Positions 25,058 to 38,614 of a stretch of 64,000 nucleotides of DNA are shown here, piece after piece. The notes beneath the pieces were generated by a model. It had not been told where the DNA came from. It worked only from the letters and a program-made list of their open reading frames with translations, and ran no database searches. The DNA comes from Octopus sinensis (Eukaryota): assembly GCF_006345805.1 (NCBI RefSeq), contig NC_043024.1, positions 19,220,001 through 19,284,000 of the forward strand. The letters run 5' to 3'. Positions within the stretch are counted from its first letter, which is position 1, and each line of letters opens with the position of its first letter. The translations under genes and the position numbers were made by a program.

Positions 25058-25061
<4 letters not shown>
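24866..25061 (+). mobile_element. (TA)n-embedded Penelope-like terminal fragment with a minimal HHR
   Basis: GTTT-CTGACGA-A-GAGC-TCC-ACTT-GAAAC-ATT-AAAC at 24938-24972; 3' end shared with 44835-44915. Confidence 0.65.
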
Positions 25062-25094
<33 letters not shown>

Positions 25095-25347
25095 GTCTCT
25101 CTATCTACTACACTTTATTTCACATTGCTCCTATCCACTCACCTGGCAAAAACGAGTTGTACCTGTAACTGAAAGGACCAGCCTGTCACATTCTGTGTTA
25201 TGCTAACTCTTCATAAGAACTACATTCAAGGCACTCATGTCTGTGGAGTTCTCAGCCACTTTCACATTAATTTCATGAGCTGACTGTTCCATCAACTGGA
25301 TCAACTGGAAACCCCATCATTGTACCTTGTAGAGTGTCATTTAGATA

Positions 25348-25733
25348 CTCTTTTACTCTTTTACTTGTTTCAGTCATTTGACTGTGGCCATGCTGGAGCA
25401 CTGCCTTTTAATCGAGCAACTCGACCCCGGGACTTATTCTTTGTAAGCCCAGTACTTATTCTATCGATCTCTTTTTGCTGAACTGCTAAGTAATGGGACA
25501 TAAACACACCAGCATTGGTTGTCAAGCAATGCTAGGGGGACAAACACAGACACACAAACATATACACATACACACATATATATATATATATATATACGAC
25601 AGGCTTCTTTCAGTTTCCGTCTACCAAATCCACTCACAAGGCTTTGGTCGGCCCGGGGCTATAGCAGAAGACACTTGCCCAAGGTGCCACGCAGTGGGAC
25701 TGAACCCGGAACCATGTGGCTGGTTAGCAATAC
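25348..25733 (-). mobile_element. SINE family A
   Basis: Reverse copy, head truncated. Confidence 0.9.
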
Positions 25734-25749
25734 TTATTTATTCCCATTC

Positions 25750-26590
25750 ATTATCATCGTTTAGCGTCCACTTTCCATGCTGGCATGGGTTGGATGGTTC
25801 GACTGGGGTCTGTGAAGCCAGAAGGCTGCACCAGGCTCCAATCTGATCTGGCAATGTTTCTATGGCTGGATGCCCTTCCTAATGCCAACCACTCCATGAG
25901 TGTAGTGGGTGCTTTTTACGTACCACCGGCACAGGTGCCAGATGAGGCTGGCAAATGAACACGATCGGATGGCGCTTTTTACATGCCACTGGCACGGAGG
26001 CGAGGCTGGCAAACGGCCACGATCGGATGGTGCTTTTTATGTGCCACCAGCATGGAGGCCAGGCGAGGCTGGCAATGGCCATGATCGGATGGTGCTTTTT
26101 ATGTGCCACCAGCATGGAGGCCAGGCGAAGCTGACAACGGCCACGATCGGATGGTGCTTTTTACGTGCCACCGGCATGGAGGCCAGGCGAGGCTGGCAAA
26201 CGGCCACCATCGGATGGTGCTTTTTACGTGCCACCAGCACGGAGGCGAGGCGAGGCTGGCAAATGGCCACGATCGGATGGTACTTTTTACGTGCCACCAG
26301 CACGGAGGCCAGGCGAAGCTGGCAATGGCCACTATCGGATGGTGCTTTTTACGTGCCACCGGCACAGAGGCCAGGCAAGGCTGGCAACGGCCACAATCGG
26401 ATGGTGCTTTTTAAATGCCACTGGCATGGAGGCGAGGCGAGGCTGGCAAATGGCCACGATCGGATGGTACTTTTTATGTGCCACCAGCACGGAGGCCAGG
26501 CGAGGCTGGCAATGGCCACGATTGGATGGTGCTTTTTACATGCCACTGGCACAGAGGCAGTCGGGGCAGCATTGGCAATGGCCACGTTTG
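25750..26590 (-). mobile_element. SINE family C with ~11 VNTR units
   Basis: Reverse complement of the 17349-18435 type (CGGATGG unit variant). Confidence 0.9.
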
Positions 26591-26804
26591 GATGGTTCGG
26601 ATTATTAGGAATTAATTATGCATTATTCTGTAGTTTTGAGATTTCAATGATGTGATTGTATATTCTTAGAATGACATTGTAGGGTAAGTGAGAGAGGTTG
26701 GATCTGGCCAGTTTGAACATAAAACAGGTAGAATATATTGGTTGGTCATGGCTGGATTAAATGCCAAAGATTTAAGACATCACTTTCATTTTACTGTCTA
26801 TGAT

Positions 26805-27185
26805 GGAAGCAATCCGTCGGTTACGACGACGAGGGTTCCGGTTGATCCGATCAGTGGAACAGCCTGCTCATGAAATTAACGTGTAAGTGGCTGAGCACTC
26901 CACAGACACATGTACCCTTAACGTAGTTCTCGGGGATATTCAGCGTGACACAGAGAGTGACAAGGCCGGCCCCTTTGAAATACAGGTACAACAGAAACAG
27001 GAAGTAAGAGTGAGAGAAAGTTGTGGTGAAAGAGTACAGCAGGAATCACCACCATCCCCTGCCGGAGCCTCATGGAGCTTTAGGTGTTTTTGTTCAATAA
27101 ACACTCACAACGCTCGGTCTGGGAATCGAAACCGCGATCCTATGACCGCGAGTCCACTGCCGTAACCACTGGGCCATTGCACCTC
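26805..27185 (-). mobile_element. SINE family D (GGAGGCGCAATGGCC tRNA head), tail type 2
   Basis: Head shared with 44930-45240; tail (GTCTGTGGAGTGCTCAGCCAC...) also at 23680-23835 and 25140-25330. Confidence 0.8.
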
Positions 27186-28047
27186 ATTTACTGTCTAACA
27201 AGACTTAAAGTGATGTCTTAAACTCAACAATTGTTGTTATTTAATTTAAACAGTCTTCCTCGGCTTGTTTCTCTCTACTCTGACAATTTCAGCACCAAAC
27301 TTTTCTTTTCCACAGAACTGCTATTTTCAGTTCTTTTTTTTTCCTCTCTTGGTACATTGTTATTTGATATCAGAGGTATATTTCTTTTTCATGTAAGCTA
27401 AGCTTGAGTATCATTTTCAGTTGAAGAGACACGCAATGACATTTTAACCTTTCTCGATTCCGAACAAGTAACAGAGCCGTGATACAGCTTCAGGAAAAAT
27501 CTAACTGCTTCCAAAGTTTTCATTAGTAATTCTACGGATAATAGAATTGTTCTGTTTGTTTTTATCGTTTTATTTACATTTTGTCTTTGTCTTTTTTCTT
27601 TTTGGTTTTCTCACTTAAGAAACAGAGATAATTGTAACTGATTGAAGAATTTGCAAGAGAATGGTTGGAATTAAATTGGTAATGGGGTGGGGAGTGACAA
27701 AGTGAAATTTAGATCAAAAGACATTGGCAGAATGAAATGGATATCCCTACAGATATAGATGTATATGTGCATATATATAAATATATATGTATATATATGT
27801 ATATACACATACACATATATGTATACATATGTATGCATATATATGTGCATATATATATATGCATACACACACATATATATATATATACATATATATATAT
27901 ACACATATATATGCATATATATATACACACATATATATACACATATATATATACACACACACATATATATATACATATATATACATATATATGCATATAC
28001 ATGTATATATGTATATACATGTATGTATATATATATATGTGTGTGTG

Positions 28048-28084
<37 letters not shown>

Positions 28085-28382
28085 TTCTCTGTTATAACTT
28101 GACATGAGGATTGATGTTATCTCTTGTTTTTGCTTTATTTCATTTATCCCTGTTATTAATTATTTCAGTCCATATTGCCCTCTTCTCTCTCTCCCCCTCA
28201 TCCTCTCTCTTTCTCTCTTCATCGTTTTCTTTTTTCTTCTCTTCTCCATCCCCTGCTTCCTTCTCTCTCTCTCTTTCTCTCTCATCATCTCTTCATTCAT
28301 TTAACCTTTTCACTTCCATTTCACCCTGTTTCTGTTTCTGACATTGCTGCCACTGCTACTGCTGGTGTTGCTGCCATGATAC

Positions 28383-28424
28383 CATTAACAGATCAGGGTT
28401 AATCCATTCACCTTTCACTCGAAA
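28383..28424 (-). CDS. Candidate 42-nt phase-0 exon (FRVKGEWINPDLLM)
   Basis: Long T-rich acceptor ending gggtttag; donor GTATCA; the other two frames have stops. Confidence 0.25.
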
Positions 28425-28535
28425 CTAAACCCAAAGACATAAGTGACAACAGACAGAATACAATTACAATCAAAATATAAAATAAATAAATAAAGAAAGA
28501 AACAAATTAAATAAAAAAAAGGGTCAGGTTGACTA

Positions 28536-28960
28536 TACTCTTACTCTTTTACTCATTTACTTGTTTCAGTCATTTGACTGCGGCCATGCTGGAGCACTGC
28601 CTTTCGTCGAGCAACTCGACCCCGGGACTTATTCTTTGTAAGCCCAGTACTTATTCTATCGGTCTCTTTTGCTGAACCACTAAGTGATGGGGACATAGAC
28701 ACACCAGCATCGGTGGTCAAGCAACGCTAGGGGGACAAGCACAGACACACAAACATATACATACACACACATATATATATATATACATATATACGACAGG
28801 CTTCTTTCAGTTTCTGTCTACCAAATCCACTCACAGGGCATTGGTCAGCCCGGGGCTATAGTAGAAGACACTTGCCCAAGGTGCCACGCAATGGGACTGA
28901 ACTCAGAACCATGTGGTTGGTTAACAAGCTACTTACCACACAGCCACTCCTGCGCCTATA
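28536..28960 (-). mobile_element. SINE family A, full length
   Basis: Reverse copy. Confidence 0.9.
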
Positions 28961-28984
28961 GATTACCATTCTTTGGTAATGGTC

Positions 28985-30600
28985 GTCTGCGTTACGTTGT
29001 GAGTTCAAATTCCGCCGAGGTCGACTTTGCCTTTCATCCTTTCGGGGTCGATAAATTAAGTACCAGTTACGCACTGGGGTCGATGTAATCGACTTAATAC
29101 CTATGTCTGTCCTTGTTTGTCCCCTCTGTGTTTAGCCCCTTGTGGGTAATAAAGAAATAGGTAATGGTCAGATTATAAGGAAGGTAGGTTCCAATTAGAC
29201 TGGAGAATAAAATGTAGAAGAAACTGAAGCATTTAGAGATAATAAAAGGGATAAAGTGCTGAAGTCTTACTGCTTCAATATGTAGCAGCTGTGAAGGTGG
29301 TGAGCTGGCAGAAACGATAGCATGCCAGGCGAAATGCGTAGCCGTATTTCGTCTGCCATTACGTTCTGAGTTCAAATTCCGCCGAAGTCGACTTGCCTTT
29401 CATCCTTTCGGGGTCGATAAATTAAGTACCAGTTACGCACTGGGGTCGATGTAATCGACTTAATACCTATGTCTGTCCTTGTTTGTCCCCTCTGTGTTTA
29501 GCCCCTTGTGGGTAATAAAGAAATAGGTAATGGTCAGATTATAAGGAAGGTAGGTTCCAATTAGACTGGAGAATAAAATGTAGAAGAAACTGAAGCATTT
29601 AGAGATAATAAAAGGGATAAAGTGCTGAAGTCTTACTGCTTCAATATGTAGCAGCTGTGAAGGTGGTGAGCTGGCAGAAACGATAGCATGCCAGGCGAAA
29701 TGCGTAGCCGTATTTCGTCTGCCATTACGTTCTGAGTTCAAATTCCGCCGAAGTCGACTTTGCCTTTCATCCTTTTGGTGACGAAAAATTAAGTATCAGT
29801 TATGCCCTGGGGTCGATGTAATCGACTTAATCCGTTTGTCTGTCCTTGTTTGTCCCCTCTATGTTTAGCCCCTTGTGGGAAGTAAAGAAATAGGTATTTC
29901 GTCTGCCACTACGTTCTGAGTTCAAAATCCACCGAGGTCGACTTTGCCTGTCATCCTTTCGGGGTCGATTAAATAAGTACCAGTCATGCACTGGGGTCGA
30001 TATAATCGACTTAATCCGTTTGTCTGTCCATGTTTGTTCTCTCTTTGTTTAGCCCCTTGTGGGCAGTAAAGAAATAGGAATTTCGTCTGCTACTACATTC
30101 TGAGTTCAAGTTTTGCTGAGGTCATCTTTGCCATTCATCCTTTTGGGGACAATAAATTAATTACCAGTTACACGCTGGGGTCGATGTAATCGACTTACTC
30201 CCTTTGCCTGTCCTTATTTGTCCCCTCTATATTTAGCCCCTTGTGGGTAATAAAGAAATAAGAAACGTTTGCATGCCAGGCAAAATGTTTAGCGGTATTT
30301 CATCTGCCGCTACGTTCTGAGTTCAAATTCTGCCGAGGTCAACTTTACTTTTCATCCTTTCAGGGTCAATTAAATAAGTACTAGTTATGAACTGGGGTCG
30401 ATATAATCGACTTAATCCATTTGTATGCCCTTGTTTGTCCTCTCTGTGTTTAGCCCCTTGTAGGTAGTAAAGAAATAGGCATTTTGTCTATCTTTACGTT
30501 CTGAGTTCAAATTCCACAGAGGTCGACTTTGCCTTTCATCCTTTTGGGTTTGATAAATTAAGTACCAGTGAAATACTGGGGTTGATCTAATCGACTGGCC
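28985..30600 (+). mobile_element. Cluster of family B SINE heads and ~180-bp body units, including a 366-bp near-identical tandem duplication (~29030-29762)
   Basis: Identical ORFs 29094-29375 and 29460-29741; repeated TACGTTCTGAGTTCAAA. Confidence 0.9.
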
Positions 30601-31045
30601 CCCTCCCCCAAAATTTCAGGCCTTGTGCCTAGAGTAGGAAAGAATATTTACCAGCTGTTTATTAGTCTGTTTTAAAAATTGAACTACCTTCTATGTCATG
30701 TGATAAGACAACTGGCTCCATTCAAGACTTAAATGAGCCTCTTTTAAAAGCTGATTTATTACTTTCTAGCTTTGATATGCTTTTTTGAAACAATTAGAAA
30801 AAATTGTAAGTTAGTAGGTATCCTTATCCACCCTGTAAATATATTCTTCCATATAGCCAGTGTTTACTGAATGCTTTTTATGTTGCACCAACATCATTAG
30901 AGTCACCATGTAACTTGTGAGATGAAGATCCCTCAGCTGGGAGAGGGAGTGGAACCAAAGAAGATGGCTTTGCACCAGTGGAGGGGTTAAAGTTTAGAGA
31001 TAGGTGTCTCACTATAGAGGAGGTACATACATACATACATACATA

Positions 31046-31216
31046 GACGCAGGAGTGGCTGTGTGGTAAGTAGCTTGTTTACGAACCACATGGTTCCGGG
31101 TTCAGTCCCACTGCATGGCACCTCGGGCAAGTATCTTCTACTATAGCCTCGGGCCAACCAAAGCCTTGTGAGTGGATTTGGTAGACGGAAACTGAAAGAA
31201 GCCCGTCGTATATATG

Positions 31217-31290
<74 letters not shown>

Positions 31291-31500
31291 TTGTGTGTCT
31301 GTGTTTGTCCCTAGCATTGCTTGACAACCGATGCTGGTGTGTTTATGTCCCCGGTACTTAGTGGTTCAGCAAAAGAGACCGATAGAACAAGTACTGGGCT
31401 TACAAAAGAATAAGTCCCGGGGTTGAGTTGCTTGATTAAAGGTGGTGCTCCAGCATGGCCACAGTCAAATGACTGAAACAAGTAAAAGAGTAAAAGAGAT
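31046..31500 (+). mobile_element. SINE family A, full length
   Basis: GACGCAGGAGTGGCTGTGTGG ... GTAAAAGAGTAAAAGAG. Confidence 0.9.
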
Positions 31501-31503
31501 ACA

Positions 31504-31724
31504 TATGAGGAGATGCTGAAAAGTTCCTGGCTTTAAGGGTTTCATGAAAGGCTTGGCTAGAGGCCCAACTTTCTGAGTTCTTTTACAGGGCTTCATAAAA
31601 CTGAAGGATCACTGCAATAAATATGTGAAGTTGAGAGGGGAACATGTTGAATAAAATCATAATTAACTGATCCCCTTGTATTTTCTTTTACCCAACCCCA
31701 GGAACTTTACAGTAACCCCTCGTA
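31504..31724 (+). mobile_element. Mariner-derived MITE
   Basis: TIRs TATGAGGAGATGCTGAAAAGTTCCTGG / CCAGGAACTTTACAGTAACCCCTCGTA; internal KLKDHCNKYVKLRGEHVE* resembles a mariner transposase C-terminus. Confidence 0.75.
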
Positions 31725-32117
31725 TATATATTTATTGATGTGTTTTGTTCTGTTTTTCCTGATGATTCCCTTCGGAATAATCTCAATGCCTTATTTGAAA
31801 CATATGTTGGAAATATAAATGATTTGAATAACACCTGCTACTGACTCCATTTCTTAATTTATCTATGTTATATAAAAACATTTCACTTAACCTGGGAATT
31901 TCTACCTTTATAAGAAGGCTGTAGTATCCTTGGCACTTATATGAATTTTTGCTACCCTGGTAACTATTTATTTATTTTTTCCATGTTATTTGTATACATT
32001 GAAAATATATACATACATTTATATATATATATATGTGTGTATATAAATATATTTTGTTTTTTTCTGTAAACCTGCCTTTGTCTTTTGTCTATTTTCATAA
32101 AACTTCCCGTTATATAT

Positions 32118-32149
<32 letters not shown>

Positions 32150-32196
32150 CGTATGTATATAAATATATATATACACACACACACATATATATATAT

Positions 32197-32388
32197 CAAT
32201 CGCCATGATAGATCGGTAGCCACTACACATATTTTTTTTCCCTCCTTGTTTTTTTCAGTGTATCTTTCTGTAGAAGAGCGTAGGCTCGAAACATAAAAGA
32301 CTTTTTCAATTCCTGAGCACTATACTAATACATCTGTTTGTTTGTACACCACCTGTCTTCGTCTTTTGTTCTTTTCATGAACTCTCCC
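32197..32388 (+). mobile_element. (TA)n-embedded Penelope-like terminal fragment with a variant HHR
   Basis: TCTTT-CTGTAGA-A-GAGC-GTAG-GCTC-GAAAC-ATA-AAAGA at 32263-32300. Confidence 0.65.
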
Positions 32389-33179
32389 TATATATACACA
32401 TATATGTATACATAATGGGCTTCTTTCAGTTTCCATCTACTAAATCCACTCCCAAGGGTTTGTCAGCCAAGGGTTATAGTAGAAGACACTTGTCAAAGGT
32501 TGTACATGGTGGGACTGAACCTGAAACCATGTAGTTGGAAAGTAAGCTTCTAACACAGAGCCATGCCTATGCCTAAATCTATTTACTGATTCGTTTGTTT
32601 ACTTATTTATTTATTTATTTATTCATTTCTTTACTTATTTGTGTATGTTTATATGACTGCACGTATGTATGGTTCCATGTCTATGTATAGCCAAACTTAA
32701 TGTGTCACCTTTTTGTTTCCTATCTGAAACTTCATCCCTGCAGAAGTTGAAACAGTTTTTTTTAAATTTTATGCAGCTAAATTCGTTATTTTTTAAACCA
32801 TATAAAAAAACATACACCTACTTAAAACACAATAGATCTACAATGTCCCTAAATATATAAAAAAAAAGTCTTGTGAATAACAACATATGTAGTTCATTAC
32901 AAAAAATATATTTTGTATAGAAAAAATTTCTTTTTTACAAAATTACATATAACTACATTTAAAAACATGTACACTTGAGTTTTTTCAATGAGTAAAAAAG
33001 ATATGAAATAATAAAAAGTATACATGTTTATGTATTTATTTTGCAAGATTCTTGATGTGAAATCGTGTATTGAAGCAGATATTGTTATATTTAGGGATGG
33101 TCATATTTTGGTAATTAAACACATGCACTTTATATTTGGCCTTCATTTCAGCTTTGTTCTTATCATCATCATCATCATC

Positions 33180-33722
33180 ATTATTATTGAGTGAGAGAGC
33201 AGTGCATGCCCTCAAAGTGACACTGGGGTAAAATATACGAAACACAGTATACCTATCATGACCACCTGTCTGATAAGGGTACACTAGGCACATGCATCAC
33301 AACCATATGTGTGCAACATGGTGATCTCATATCAAGATAAACAGCACATGACCTTGCAGGTGGGGCTCAGAATTTTCTTCTGGTCGAGTAACCCACCAAC
33401 TCAAAAAGTCCCTGAATAAGGATTGTTTAAGGATGTTGAACGAAACACCCATGTTTCCAAAGGTGAATTATCCAAACCCCAAAGAATTCCTTTCAACACA
33501 CTGCTATGATGCTCCCGCAATACTTCTGCTCATGATCAGAGATGCACATATCGTCAGCCACTAAGGGACATGCTCAACTGGTTATGGTCAAACAACTGAC
33601 AAGCAAATCTGTGGTATTGAGCAGAATATTTGCTGTAGCTCACCTTTTATACCAAGACAAAACAATGTACATGATAACACTTCCAATCAGTTAAGATCAG
33701 TAGTGATGAGAGCCACTGCCTG
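33180..33722 (-). mobile_element. ~520-bp interspersed retroposon-like repeat ending in (AAT)n
   Basis: Higher GC than flanks, bounded by TAT microsatellites; recalled as an abundant octopus repeat, but only one copy in this window. Confidence 0.5.
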
Positions 33723-33765
33723 GTACTGCATCAGGGCATTTATTATCATTATTATTATTATTATA

Positions 33766-33818
<53 letters not shown>

Positions 33819-35440
33819 TATTATTATTATTATTGAGGGTGCTGAGCTGGTAGAATCATTAGCATGCTGGGTGAAATACTTTGTGGTATCTCATCTGCTG
33901 CTATGTTCTGAGTTCAAATTCCGCTAAGGTCGAATTTGCTTTTCATCCTTTCAGGGTCGATTTTGCCTTCCATCCTTTCCTAAAACACTTCAGTAGCTCT
34001 ACTTTGCATTGCTTGCAAACTTATGTTCCGTGGCCTTGTACCAAAATTTGAAATCAACAACTATTTAATTCATTAATCAATAATATCACTAATTTTCACC
34101 TGAGATATTAACCCCTATTAAACTCAAAAGTTGAAGGACGTAAGTCTTGAGAAATTTACTTTGGTAAAACAGTCTCTGACACATGAGTTTGACATGGATT
34201 TGGGGGATTGATTCCCTTCCTAATGCAAAACATTTTGCAGGGTTAACTGAGTGTTTTTCTTATATGTGGCACCAACACTAGTGAGGGAGCCTTATAATGG
34301 GTGAGACTAAACAAATGCCACAATTGAAAGAAGAAAAGAGACAAAGGGTGTTGATAATTTGAGAAATGATGAAAGGGTTATGTATGATGTGAGGAACAAG
34401 GTTAAGGTGTGAGGGTGTAGTGGTGATGGTGGTAGTAGTGGTGAGAGTAACAGTTGTTATGTTGTGCGTGTGTGTGTGCATGCATGTGCATACATATATG
34501 TGTGTGTATGCATATATATATATATATACACACACACTTGTAGCAAGTAAATAATTTAGCTCTTACAGGGAATTGAAACTGTCAAGGTTGAATTGAATAG
34601 AATTTAATTTAATTTAATACAGCCATTTATATAGTTAATAGATATAGTGTTTTTTTTTATATAGGTAGAACGGTAGGCTCTTTAGGGTAGATATAGATCA
34701 TTTTTTTTTATTCTTTTAATTTTTTCAATTTAAAAAAAAAAAAATTTATTTTTAATATTTGGGCTGGTCTGAGCATGACTTCTTATATAAGAAACCACGC
34801 AATATTGCATTAGGTTTGGTTAAGGAGGTCTCGCCCTGGTACGTGATGTGTGCTTCTTTATTTTTCCCCTGACGAAAGAGTGATTATCGTGATGCACCCT
34901 CGTGTATTAAATATGGTGATGTACCCCTGAAATGGCCATAGGGAATGTAAATATGGTTTCTTCTTTTTTGCTTGGACACTGGCTTTTAAGAATAGGTTTC
35001 CCTTATCTTGAAAAGTAATTTTTAATCGAAAAAATTTCTAAACGATGAACTTTTATCTTACCTTATATATTATATCTTATTTATTTATGTTTCAAATATA
35101 TATGTATTTTTATATCTTTTTATATATCTATATATTTATATATTTCTTTATATTTTTATGTATTTATTATTCTAGATGTTGTAATGTTAAAAAATATATA
35201 TTTTTTAGTCGCTAAAGTATTAATCATTAACTTTTAACCGCGATGAACTGTATTCACACATTTTTCTTATATTTTTCTTATATGCTTGTATTGATGGGTT
35301 GTGCTTCATCTTCTGTGATTTTATGCATGTATATTCTATGTGAAAGAAAAAGCATTATGTGATTAAATGTTCGAGATATGAAATGTTATGTGGATGACAT
35401 TATATTTGTTTGTTCTGCAACCATAGTTTAATAAATTATA

Positions 35441-35484
<44 letters not shown>

Positions 35485-36334
35485 GGTGCATGAGCCAGTA
35501 TTGTTTTGGCAAAATGAATATGGGTATAGAATATTTTTGTCCACAAATGGTAGGCAAAAGTAAGAAAAATAAGTATGCTTTACAAATGAAGTCTCTTGCA
35601 ATGATTGTTCTGCACTAAGCTACTGGCACTCCCTTGTCAATTTCACCTCAAGAAATTCTGTGAATTTGCGAATGGCCTATTGAAAAATTTTCAAACTGTA
35701 ATCTTATTGCTTGCATTTTTCAGGAAATTAAATATATAAATAAATATATATATATAAATAAAAAAAAATAATAAAGCAAACAGAATAACAATGGTAAAGT
35801 TTGTGCAGATATTTGTTTATTCAAGACCCAGGGAGATAAAGTTATTCTCTAACTAAGGTTTCAATGCCAACAGATTAGGTATCTACCTCTTAACAATTTC
35901 TGTCAAAACATTTTGCTATTCTTTAACAAAATGCCTTTCTGAATAAAATTTTAAAATAATCCCGTCCTTAGAGGGATTTATTAAAGTTAACTAACTTCTC
36001 GTTAATTAACTGATAATTAGAACATGACTTAACAAAAGATTCTTACAAGAGCATTATGCAGTAGTTTTTATTTTAGATAGGCTAAGCTTTGTATCTGAGA
36101 ATCTTAATTAACCATGGGGCATAATTTTGAATTTAATCAAGAATTTAGAGAGCTTTATTAATTAAAAAAACAACTAGTTTTTATTATTAAGCTAATGATT
36201 AGAATACAAATTAATGAAGTGTTCTTAAATAAAAAAAGATATGAGGAAAAGTTTCTTGTTAAATATAAACACATTAAAACAAATGGTTTTTGTGTGATAA
36301 AAACTAGGGTTAATCTTTGTTGCATTGGTATTTA

Positions 36335-36572
36335 AGGTGGTGAGCTGGCAGAATCGTTAGCACGCCGGGCGAAATGCTCTGCAGTATTTCGTCTGCCATT
36401 ACGTTCTGAGTTCAAATTCCGCCGAGGTCGACTTTGCCTTTCATCCTTTCGGGGTCGATTAAATAAGTACCAGTTACGCACTGGGGTCGATATAATCGAC
36501 TTAATCCCTTTGTCTGTCCTTGTTTGTCCCCTCTGTGTTTATCCCCTTGTGGGTAATAAAGAAATAGGTATT
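36335..36572 (+). mobile_element. SINE family B, single-unit reference copy
   Basis: GGTGGTGAGCTGGCAGAATCGTTAGC (A-box) ... GAGTTCAAATTCC (B-box) ... AAAGAAATA. Confidence 0.9.
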
Positions 36573-36967
36573 TGAATAGTTAGAGAAATGAAGAATAAAG
36601 ACTTGGACAATAGGAAAATTCTTCATGTGAAGGAACATAGATACGAATGAATCATTAGGCTGGAATGGTATTTCAGTTGATAGGACACGAAATTCGTTCC
36701 TTTGCGCCTTCGTTCATTTAACCTCCATTTTTCCATGCTAGCAGGATGCTCTTCCTGTTGCCAACATTCACCTGTTTTACAAGTAAGGCATGTCTTTTGA
36801 AAGCATAAAGTGGCCTGTCATTATGTCAATAAGGAAATGTAACACAGTCAGTGTTTCACTCAAATAGTGATGAGTAAGAAATAACAACATTTATGCCCAT
36901 CTGCACACATGAATATATCACAGCAGCAAAGGTCGTATGGTCCCATGGAATACAAAGGTCTCATAGA

Positions 36968-37270
36968 GGAGGCACATGGCCTAGTGGTTAGAGCAGCAGA
37001 CTCGCAGTCGAGGGATCGTGGGTTCGAATCTCAGACCAGACGATGTGTGTGTTTATGAGTGAAACACCTAAGCTCCACGCGGCTCTAGCAGAAGGTAATG
37101 GTGAATTTCTGCTGACTCTTTCGCCACAACTTTCTCTCACTCTTTCCTCCTGCATCATGCAGCTCACCTGCGAAGGACCGGCATCCCATCCAGGTGGGGA
37201 ACCTATACACCAAGGAAACCGGGAAACCAGCCCTTATGAGCTAGGCATGGCTCAAGAAGGAACAAACAAA
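36968..37270 (+). mobile_element. SINE family D head with tail type 3 ending (AAAC)n
   Basis: TGGCCTAGTGG A-box, GGTTCGAATC B-box; tail resembles that of 59045-59290. Confidence 0.8.
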
Positions 37271-38120
37271 CAAAAGGTCTCATGGTCTCATTGAATGCAG
37301 TATAGTATTGAAGGCTTGTCTTTTGGCAAGTAGTGTAGAAGTGAATACCTGTCTCATGGCATGCAGTGTCATAATGAAGGCTAATTTCAAAGCATGCGAT
37401 GGGATAATGAAGGCTTATCTCATGGCAGGAGCATAAAACTGAAGGCTTGTCCTAAACACAGAAACACAAACATATATACACACACACATATATATACGAC
37501 AGGCTTCTTTCAGTTTCCGTCGACCAAATCCATTCACAAGGCTTTGGTCGGCCCGAGGCTATTGTAGAAGACACTTACCCAAGGTGCCACGTAGTGGGAC
37601 TGAACCCAGAACCATGTGGTTGGTAAGCAAGCTACTTACCACACAGCCACTCCTACGCCTAATTGCCTCATTTAGTATTTTTAAAAAACAATGTTTTAGA
37701 GGAGCAAAAGTCGGCAGGCGCTTTGTCTTCTCCCATCCTTATCATCCTTGTACCATTATCATTCACCTCATTAATGTCTGTGTCCAGTCCGCAAGGGGTT
37801 GATTTGCTCGACTAAAGGCGGTGCTCCAGCATGGCCGCAGTCAAATGACTGAAACAAGTAAAAGAAAGAAATATATATAAATATATATATATGCGTGTGT
37901 GTGTTTGTGTGTCTGTGTTTGTCCCCCTAACATCGCTCGACAACCGATGCTGGTGTGTTTATGTCCCCGTTACTTAGCGGTTCGGCAGAAGAGAACCGAT
38001 AGAATAAGTACTGGGCTTACAAAAAGAACAAGTCCCAGGGTCGAGTTGCTCGATTAAAAGACGGTGCTCCAGTATGGCCACAGTCAAATGACTGAAACAA
38101 GTAAAAGAGAGAGAGAGAGA

Positions 38121-38220
38121 GTGCTATTGATATATGGCAGCAAAACATGGACACTGACAAAGCGATCATCAAACGGGATAAATGGACGCTACACAAGGAT
38201 GCTATGAAGGGCCTTTAATG
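38121..38220 (+). pseudogene. RTE-clade LINE RT C-terminal fragment
   Basis: VLLIYGSKTWTLTKRSSNGINGRYTRML*RAFN resembles VLLYGSETWTLTK....LDG.YTRMLR..LN. Confidence 0.75.
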
Positions 38221-38614
38221 CTCCAGCATGGCCACAGTCAAATGACTGAAACAAGTAAAAGAGTAAAAGAGTATGTATCATTTATCATGTAACATGTAGC
38301 ATTAGAATCTGAATGCCATGCTCCATGTGAAACGAAACACGCTGAATATTTTGTCATGGATCACTATATTGCATTCGAAACAACACTGCATTACCATCTG
38401 ATACCACAGCGCATCCCACTGCACCGTATTGCAATGCAATGCACTCTACGTTTGTGAACATCGTTCAGGTTGATATTGAAGCTTGAACAGGTATTTCTGT
38501 TATTAGTTCTGTGGATACCTGTCTTGGGATTAAGGAACAATGCAAAACACCTACACTGGAGATAAAACTCTGCAAATGTATATTTATATTGCAATCGATG
38601 TTCACTTCACTTCT

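Noticed and set aside
27421-27467. Plus-strand micro-exon EETRNDILTFLDSEQ
   Set aside because: Isolated, weak donor, opposite strand to the other candidates; within chance expectation.
34866-34900. CCCTGACGAAAGAG possible hammerhead start
   Set aside because: No downstream stem II partner or GAAA.
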